A stretch of 35,697 bases of DNA from assembly GCA_038232855.1 (NCBI GenBank), contig JBBSNC010000001.1, positions 1 through 35,697 on the forward strand, in the 5' to 3' direction. The notes beneath the pieces are model-generated. The model did not search any database, was not told the origin of the DNA, and worked only from the letters and a program-made list of their open reading frames with translations. The number at the start of each line of letters is the position of its first letter. Position 1 is the stretch's first letter. The DNA comes from Actinomycetales bacterium (GTDB lineage Bacteria; Actinomycetota; Actinomycetes; Actinomycetales; Dermatophilaceae). Positions 29,680 through 35,697 of the stretch are shown here, piece by piece. A program made the position numbers and the translations under genes.

Positions 29680-30548
29680 TGACCCTGCCCGCAGACCCCT
29701 CCGCTAAGATCGCCGAGTACGCACACCCGGAGCGCCTGGTGAGCACCGAATGGCTCGTCGAGCACCTGGCGGACCCATCAGTGGTCGTCTTGGAGTCCGA
29801 TGAAGACGTGTTGCTGTACGAAACGGGACACATTGCAGGCGCCCGCAAACTCGACTGGCACCTGGACCTGAACGACCCTGTCACCCGCGACTACGTTGAT
29901 GGCCCGCGATTCGCTGAAGTGATGGCTGCCCGCGGCGTCAGCCGCGAGAGCACCGTGGTGATCTACGGTGACAAGAGCAACTGGTGGGCCGCCTACGCGC
30001 TGTGGGTCATGACGCTGTTCGGCCATCCCGATGTGCGGCTCTTGGACGGGGGACGCGATGCGTGGTTGGCCGCGGGGCATGAGATGACCACCGAAGCGCC
30101 CGACGTGAGCCCAACCCAGTACCCGGTCGTGGATCGAGACGACAGTGACATCAGAGCCTTCAAGGACGATGTTCTAGAGCACTTGGGCAAACCGTTGGTG
30201 GACGTGCGCTCTCCGGGTGAGTTCTCCGGTGAGTTGCTGCACATGCCTGATTACCCCCAGGAGGGGGCCATGCGCGGCGGCCACATCCCGGGCGCCTCGT
30301 CGGTGCCCTGGGCACGGGCAGCGGCGGCCGACGGCACCTTCCGCTCGCGGGCCGAGTTGGAGGAGATCTACCAAGGGGAGCAGGGTCTTTCGCCGCAGGA
30401 TGAGGTAGTGGCCTACTGCCGGATCGGCGAGCGCAGCTCGCACACCTGGGTCGTGCTGACTCACCTGCTGGGATTCGAGGCCGTGCGCAACTACGACGGA
30501 TCATGGACCGAGTGGGGCAACGCAGTTCGCGTGCCGGTGGAGCGATGA
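29679..30548 (+). CDS. sseA: Tandem rhodanese sulfurtransferase (SseA-like)
   Basis: [24 protein letters not shown], active loop [18 protein letters not shown]. Confidence 0.93.
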   Translation: MTLPADPSAKIAEYAHPERLVSTEWLVEHLADPSVVVLESDEDVLLYETGHIAGARKLDWHLDLNDPVTRDYVDGPRFAEVMAARGVSRESTVVIYGDKSNWWAAYALWVMTLFGHPDVRLLDGGRDAWLAAGHEMTTEAPDVSPTQYPVVDRDDSDIRAFKDDVLEHLGKPLVDVRSPGEFSGELLHMPDYPQEGAMRGGHIPGASSVPWARAAAADGTFRSRAELEEIYQGEQGLSPQDEVVAYCRIGERSSHTWVVLTHLLGFEAVRNYDGSWTEWGNAVRVPVER

Positions 30549-30979
30549 GCGACCTTCCGGCTGCCATGGCCGAGCTCGTGGATGACTTCCAGGCCGTCAG
30601 TGAGGCAGATCGGCTCCAACTACTGCTCGAGTTGAGCAAGGAACTGCCAGAGCTGCCGCCGAGGTATGCCGAGCATCAGGATGAAATGGAGCGCGTCCAC
30701 GAGTGCCAGTCCCCCTTGTTCTTGGCTGTAGAAGTCGACGCTGAGACGGTGCACCTCTTTTTTGATGCCCCACCGGAAGCGCCGACGACGAGGGGATTCG
30801 CAGGAATCCTGCACGAATCGCTCGACGGTCTGCCCGCCAGCGATGTCCTCGCTGTCCCGGACGACGCGCCCTACCGCTTCGGATTGGCCCAAGCCGTTTC
30901 GCCCCTGCGGATGCGCGGCATGATCGCCATGCTGTCCAGGATCAAGCGGCGTGTCCGCCTTCTTACGGAGCAGTCATGA
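30545..30979 (+). CDS. sufE: SufE family sulfur acceptor
   Basis: RVHECQSP (acceptor Cys), [17 protein letters not shown]. Confidence 0.9.
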   Translation: MSDLPAAMAELVDDFQAVSEADRLQLLLELSKELPELPPRYAEHQDEMERVHECQSPLFLAVEVDAETVHLFFDAPPEAPTTRGFAGILHESLDGLPASDVLAVPDDAPYRFGLAQAVSPLRMRGMIAMLSRIKRRVRLLTEQS

Positions 30980-32436
30980 CACCCGAATCCGGAGCCACGC
31001 CCGACCAAGTGGAACATGCCCTGCGCGCAGGCCTCGATGACTTCGAGCTCACCGAGGCCGACGTCGACTTGGTGGATGCGACCGAGGACGGTCGATCCGG
31101 CGAAGGCGGTGACGGCACCGCGAAACCGGTGGTGGCTGTCGTGGGCCGACCGAATGTAGGCAAGTCGACCTTGGTCAACCGCGTACTCGGGCGCCGCGAA
31201 GCTGTCGTGGAGGACGTGCCGGGAGTCACCCGCGACCGCGTCTCGTATGCGGCCGAATGGTCTGGACATGATTTTACGCTCGTCGATACCGGCGGCTGGG
31301 AGGTCGATGCGACCGGCATCCATCTAAGGGTTGCCGAACAGGCCGAGGTGGCCATCGAGATGGCTGATGCAGTGATGTTCATCGTGGATGCCACCGTCGG
31401 CGCCACGGACACCGACGAAGCGGTCGTGCGGTTGTTGCGTCGCTCCGGCAAACCAGTCATTCTCGTCGCCAACAAGGTCGACGATCAGCGCACGGAGGCA
31501 GATGCCGCGATGCTCTGGTCGTTGGGCCTAGGGCAACCGTGGCCGGTCTCGGCGTTGCACGGCCGAGGCAGCGGCGACGTGCTGGATGCCGTGCTCGACG
31601 TCTTGCCCGACACCACCGAGCAACTGCCCGGCTATGGCGATCACGGACCACGCCGAGTGGCCCTGGTCGGCCGCCCCAACGTCGGCAAATCCAGTCTGCT
31701 CAACCGCCTGGTCGGCTCCGAACGAGTGGTGGTCGACGAGGTGGCTGGCACGACTCGTGACCCGGTGGACGAGCTGATCGATTTGGGTGGCACCGTCTGG
31801 CGCTTTGTGGACACGGCCGGCATACGCAGGCGAGTGCATCAGACCCGCGGAGCGGACTTCTACTCTTCCCTGCGGACGCAGGCGGCTTTGGAGAAGGCCG
31901 AAGTGGCCGTTGTGCTCATCGATGTATCCGAGTCCATCGCCGAGCAGGACATCCGGGTGATTCAGCAGGTGATCGACGCTGGCCGCGCCCTGGTGGTGGC
32001 ATACAACAAGTGGGACACCCTCGATGAGGAACGCCAACACTACCTAGAGCGAGAGATCGAGCGGGAGTTGGTGCAGATCACCTGGGCTCCGCGTGCCAAC
32101 ATCTCGGCCTCTACTGGGCGGCATGTCAACCGTCTGGAACCCGCGTTGAAGCAGGCACTCGACTCGTGGGAGGCGCGCATCCCGACTGGGAAACTGAATG
32201 CGTTTCTGGGTGACATCGTGGCGGCACACCCGCACCCGGTTCGCTCCGGCAAACAGCCGCGGATCCTGTTTGCGACGCAGTCAGAGACTCGTCCGCCCAG
32301 GTTTGTGTTGTTTGCCAGCGGCTTCATCGAGGCGGGGTATCGACGCTTCATCGAGCGGCGGCTGCGCGAAGAGTACGGCTTCGTCGGCACTCCGATCGAG
32401 ATCTCGGTCCGAGTGCGAGAGAAGCGGCGACGCTGA
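30976..32436 (+). CDS. der: Ribosome biogenesis GTPase Der (EngA)
   Basis: Two G-domains (GRPNVGKS twice, DTGG/DTAG, NKVD/NKWD) and a KH-like tail YGFVGTPI. Confidence 0.98.
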   Translation: MTPESGATPDQVEHALRAGLDDFELTEADVDLVDATEDGRSGEGGDGTAKPVVAVVGRPNVGKSTLVNRVLGRREAVVEDVPGVTRDRVSYAAEWSGHDFTLVDTGGWEVDATGIHLRVAEQAEVAIEMADAVMFIVDATVGATDTDEAVVRLLRRSGKPVILVANKVDDQRTEADAAMLWSLGLGQPWPVSALHGRGSGDVLDAVLDVLPDTTEQLPGYGDHGPRRVALVGRPNVGKSSLLNRLVGSERVVVDEVAGTTRDPVDELIDLGGTVWRFVDTAGIRRRVHQTRGADFYSSLRTQAALEKAEVAVVLIDVSESIAEQDIRVIQQVIDAGRALVVAYNKWDTLDEERQHYLEREIERELVQITWAPRANISASTGRHVNRLEPALKQALDSWEARIPTGKLNAFLGDIVAAHPHPVRSGKQPRILFATQSETRPPRFVLFASGFIEAGYRRFIERRLREEYGFVGTPIEISVRVREKRRR

Positions 32437-32500
32437 GCAGCGGTGATTCGTGGCTGGCTGAGCCGATGGGATACGGTTCTCTTCGCTTCCTTGGAAGCCT

Positions 32501-32574
32501 CGGGATGTGGCGCAGCTTGGTAGCGCACCTGACTGGGGGTCAGGGGGTCGCAGGTTCAAATCCTGTCATCCCGA
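32501..32574 (+). tRNA. tRNA-Pro (GGG); CCA not encoded
   Basis: Acceptor stem CGGGATG/CATCCCG, D-arm GCGC/GCGC, anticodon arm CCTGA-CT GGG GG-TCAGG, T-loop GGTTCAAATCC. Confidence 0.97.
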
Positions 32575-32598
32575 CATTTGTCCTGTCTCAGGGCATAG

Positions 32599-32640
32599 GA
32601 GTTGCCGGACCGGCGTGTTTGCGGGTCCGGCAGTTTCATG
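32599..32640 (+). terminator. Hairpin downstream of tRNA-Pro, probable intrinsic terminator
   Basis: TGCCGGACC (32603-32611) pairs with GGTCCGGCA (32624-32632), followed by GTTTCATGTT. Confidence 0.65.
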
Positions 32641-32745
32641 TTGGGCGCGAGCACTTTGCGGACTATGACCCACTGTTGAGGCGTGCGCAGGCGCCGGGAT
32701 GGGGACGTGGCTCGAGCCGGCCTACAGCGCACCTATCCTGAGTGA

Positions 32746-33393
32746 GTGGACGGGGAGGCAGGTCAGCGCAGCAGGCGACGTGCCACCGAGCGCGTTCCTC
32801 AAATCATGCCTCGGCGGCACGAGTGGTTCACCGTGCCAAACATCATCTCGGGTTTGCGGTTGGTGGGTGTGCCCATCTTTCTCTGGCTGCTACTCATCGA
32901 GGCCGATGGTTGGGCCCTTGTGGTGCTGATGGTCTCCGGGATAAGCGACTACCTCGATGGCAAAATTGCTCGTCACTACGGTCTGGTATCAAAAGTCGGT
33001 GCCTACCTGGACCCGATTGCCGACCGGCTCTATATCGCGTCTACGCTTCTCGGGTTTGGTCTGCGTGACGTCATCCCATGGTGGTTCGTGTTGATCCTTG
33101 TCGCCCGCGACGCCTTTACAGCGGGCATGTATCCGGTTGCTCGCTCCTACCGACTTCCAGCGCCGCCGGTCCACTTCGTCGGCAAAGCCGCAACATTCAA
33201 TCTTCTCTATGCCTTTCCGTTGCTCCTCTTGGCTCAGCAAGACTCCCTAGTGGGCGACATCGCACAACCTGTCGGCTGGGCCTTTGCTTGGTGGGGCACC
33301 GGTCTGTATTGGCTGGCGGCCGGAATCTATGCCGTGCAAGTAGCCGATATGGTGCGGCAACGTCGCAGGCAATGGCAGCAGGTGCACACGTGA
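32746..33393 (+). CDS. CDP-alcohol phosphatidyltransferase (PgsA2 / cardiolipin synthase-like)
   Basis: TVPNIIS and signature DYLDGKIAR...GAYLDPIADR; TATCCT -10 (32734-32739) 6 nt before the GTG supports this start. Confidence 0.93.
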   Translation: MDGEAGQRSRRRATERVPQIMPRRHEWFTVPNIISGLRLVGVPIFLWLLLIEADGWALVVLMVSGISDYLDGKIARHYGLVSKVGAYLDPIADRLYIASTLLGFGLRDVIPWWFVLILVARDAFTAGMYPVARSYRLPAPPVHFVGKAATFNLLYAFPLLLLAQQDSLVGDIAQPVGWAFAWWGTGLYWLAAGIYAVQVADMVRQRRRQWQQVHT

Positions 33394-34268
33394 GGTGGCC
33401 CCAGCGAGAGGCCGAACAGCGGTCCGCCGACCCGGCCGCCTCAATGGCGTTGCTGCAAGAAGTGCTTGATCGCCCAGTCGACCCGGGGTACCAGAGCGCG
33501 GCGCGTCAGCGGGAGTTGAGCGGTATGTCCGGCCCGACAAGTCTGCGCAGTCCGCTGCTGCTCGTGACGTTGGTGCTCTTGGGCTTCTTGCTGAGCGTTG
33601 CTGCGGTCGCACTGCGCACCCCTGATCCCCAAGATGCCATGGAGCGAGCCGAACTAGCTGAGCGCGTTGAGGCCGCGGGGGTTGCCGGAGATGACTATGC
33701 GAACCAGATTGAGGGGTTGCGCACGGATATTGCAGACCTTGAAGCGGCTGCCTCGCGCGGACCGGGCCCAGATCTAGGCGAGGAAATCTCCCTGGCGGGG
33801 GAGCGAGCCGGCGCGCTGGCGGTGCACGGGCCGGGCGTGCAGATCACCCTCGATGATCGTCCGGAAGCAGAATTAGACGCGGTTGCCGAGCCCGAGCAGA
33901 ACTCAGATCGGGTCTTGGCCGGCGACGTTCAACTCATGGTCAATGGGTTGTGGTCTGTCGGCGCGGAGGCGATCAGCATCAATGGGCAACGACTCACCTC
34001 AACGTCCTCGATACGCTTTGCCGGCGAGGCGATTATCGTCGATTTCCGCGGCTTGACGCGGCCGTATGAAATACATGCGATCGGCGACCCAGCGGTGCTT
34101 GCCGAAGAACTCGCTGATGGTGCAACAGGTCAGTATTTCGACGGGCTGTCAGCTGACTACGGAATTGTGATGGAGTGGGAGGACAACGTCGACGTGATGT
34201 TGCCCGCTGCAGAGCGACTCATCACCAGAGTCGCGGTTGTCGACGATGCGAAGGAAGAAATCCGATGA
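33390..34268 (+). CDS. DUF881 domain membrane protein (Rv1823-like)
   Basis: SMALLQEVLDRPVDPGY, TM segment, coiled coil, VHGPGVQITLDD, VNGLWSVGAEAISINGQRL, PYEIHAIGD. Confidence 0.9.
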   Translation: MRWPQREAEQRSADPAASMALLQEVLDRPVDPGYQSAARQRELSGMSGPTSLRSPLLLVTLVLLGFLLSVAAVALRTPDPQDAMERAELAERVEAAGVAGDDYANQIEGLRTDIADLEAAASRGPGPDLGEEISLAGERAGALAVHGPGVQITLDDRPEAELDAVAEPEQNSDRVLAGDVQLMVNGLWSVGAEAISINGQRLTSTSSIRFAGEAIIVDFRGLTRPYEIHAIGDPAVLAEELADGATGQYFDGLSADYGIVMEWEDNVDVMLPAAERLITRVAVVDDAKEEIR

Positions 34269-34597
34269 TCCCCATTCTTGGACTCGGCATCGGGGTCCTG
34301 CTCGGTCTGCTCTTGAAGCCAGAAGTGCCGCTCTGGCTTGAGCCGTACCTGGCTATCGCAGTCATCGCTGCGCTCGACGCTGTTTTCGGTGGCGTTCGGG
34401 CGGCGTTGGAGGGGGTCTTCAACGACCGGATCTTCGTGATCTCGATCCTGTCGAATGTCGTGGTTGCTGCCGTCATCGTGTTCCTCGGGATTCAGCTGGG
34501 GGTGGGGGCACAACTGTCCACCGGGGTAGTCGTGGTGCTCGGGTTGCGCATCTTCTCCAACGTGGCCGCCATCCGGCGCCACCTCCTGGGGGCCTAA
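34265..34597 (+). CDS. sbp: Small basic family protein Sbp (DUF1290)
   Basis: PYLAIAVIAALDAVFGG...F.D..FVIS..SN...GLRIFSNVAAIRRHL. Confidence 0.9.
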   Translation: MIPILGLGIGVLLGLLLKPEVPLWLEPYLAIAVIAALDAVFGGVRAALEGVFNDRIFVISILSNVVVAAVIVFLGIQLGVGAQLSTGVVVVLGLRIFSNVAAIRRHLLGA

Positions 34598-35386
34598 ATG
34601 GCTGAGGAGTCCAGCGGCCCCGAGAAGACGGACCATGAAGCGAAGGCTGAACGTGTGCGGTCGACGCGCATCACCCGCCTTGCGGCCTGGAAACGACTCG
34701 GCAGACTGAGCGGCCCACGGCTTACTCGTGGCAACGTGCTGGCAGCCGGAGTGACCATGCTGTTGGGCTTGGCGCTGGTCGCTCAAGTGCAAAGCACTCA
34801 GGCCGGGGACTTAGAAGAGCTGCAACAGGAAGATCTGATCGCACTGCTGGATGACGTCTCGGTCCGAGCAGACGCGCTGGAAGACGAAGTGCGTCGCTTG
34901 GAGCAGGATAAGGCTCGGCTTGCTGACGGTATGAATGATGACGCTGCCGCCGAGGCCGCCCGCAATCGGCTGGACACCTACCAAGTCCTTGCCGGCACTG
35001 TGCCCGTCAAGGGACCCGGCGTTGAAATTCTCGTGCGTGACCCCGAGCAGGAACTCAGCACCACCACAATGATCGACATGATCCAAGAACTACGCGACGG
35101 AGGCGCCGAGGCGATCCAGATCGGCCAAGTCAGGGTCGTGGCCAGCACCTGGGTAGACATCCGTCGAGACACCTTCATCGTCGACGGTCAAACGGTTGAT
35201 GCACCATACCGAGTGCTGGCGATTGGCGAGTCAAGCACGCTGGCTGGAGCGCTGTCGATTCCAGGAGGCTTCACCGACAACGTCCGACGAAACGGGGGCA
35301 GCGTGGACGTCCAGGAGAGGGACGAGATCACCCTCGACGCATTGCACCAGCCGGAGCCGCATCAGTACGCTCAACCTGAGTCCTAG
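34598..35386 (+). CDS. DUF881 domain membrane protein (Rv1825-like)
   Basis: TM segment, DLIALLD coiled coil, [39 protein letters not shown]. Confidence 0.9.
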   Translation: MAEESSGPEKTDHEAKAERVRSTRITRLAAWKRLGRLSGPRLTRGNVLAAGVTMLLGLALVAQVQSTQAGDLEELQQEDLIALLDDVSVRADALEDEVRRLEQDKARLADGMNDDAAAEAARNRLDTYQVLAGTVPVKGPGVEILVRDPEQELSTTTMIDMIQELRDGGAEAIQIGQVRVVASTWVDIRRDTFIVDGQTVDAPYRVLAIGESSTLAGALSIPGGFTDNVRRNGGSVDVQERDEITLDALHQPEPHQYAQPES

Positions 35387-35456
35387 CCACACTCCGGCTA
35401 GGTTTGCCTCACCGACCCGGTCACCCTGCACCGGGACACAACGTAAAAGGAGACCC

Positions 35457-35697
35457 ATGAGCGACCTGGAATACCCAGACAACGTGCGGTACAGCACCGA
35501 CCACGAGTGGGTCCGTGAGCAGGGTGAAGGCGTCGTTCGTATTGGAATCACCGCCTACGCCCAAGACGCCTTAGGCGACGTGGTCTACGTCAGCCTTCCA
35601 GCCGTCGGGGACACGTTGGCCTCGGGAGACGCATGCGGCGAGGTCGAGTCAACCAAGTCTGTCAGCGATCTATACGCCCCTCTAGCAGGCGAGATCA
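35457..35697 (+). CDS. gcvH: Glycine cleavage H protein (3' end truncated by the window)
   Basis: Translated by hand: [19 protein letters not shown]...[16 protein letters not shown]...[15 protein letters not shown] (lipoyl Lys); AAGGAG RBS. Confidence 0.95.
   Translation, partial: MSDLEYPDNVRYSTDHEWVREQGEGVVRIGITAYAQDALGDVVYVSLPAVGDTLASGDACGEVESTKSVSDLYAPLAGEI

Noticed and set aside
32501-32745. Genomic island integrated at tRNA-Pro
   Set aside because: No integrase and no duplicated tRNA 3' end seen; housekeeping genes resume within about 170 bp.

Overview
High-GC actinobacterial chromosome segment; gene content and protein style suggest Micrococcales, Intrasporangiaceae/Ornithinimicrobiaceae-like (inference). 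It joins several conserved housekeeping blocks: a DUF222/HNH gene, ruvCAB-yajC-secDF-apt-rel, a minus-strand operon (cyclophilin, DUF349, M18 aminopeptidase), an MBL hydrolase, xerD-parA-scpAB-rluB-cmk-sseA-sufE-der-tRNA-Pro(GGG), and pgsA-like-DUF881-sbp-DUF881-gcvH (cut by the window end). The main anomaly is about 9.1 kb (14831-23917) at the normal actinobacterial hisS locus. It holds hisS, a YerC/TrpR-like repressor gene and a complete gammaproteobacterial-type operon, hisG-D-C-(NB)-H-A-F-(IE). From recall, these proteins and their order match Xanthomonadales rather than Actinobacteria. The repressor gene is preceded by an array of 8-bp-periodic sites resembling the trp operator, overlapping an extended -10. 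hisS appears to be driven by a host-type leaderless promoter embedded in the upstream stop codon. The best reading is a cross-phylum, repressor-controlled histidine module that replaced the native hisS in place. All homology calls come from motif recognition and memory; no searches were run.
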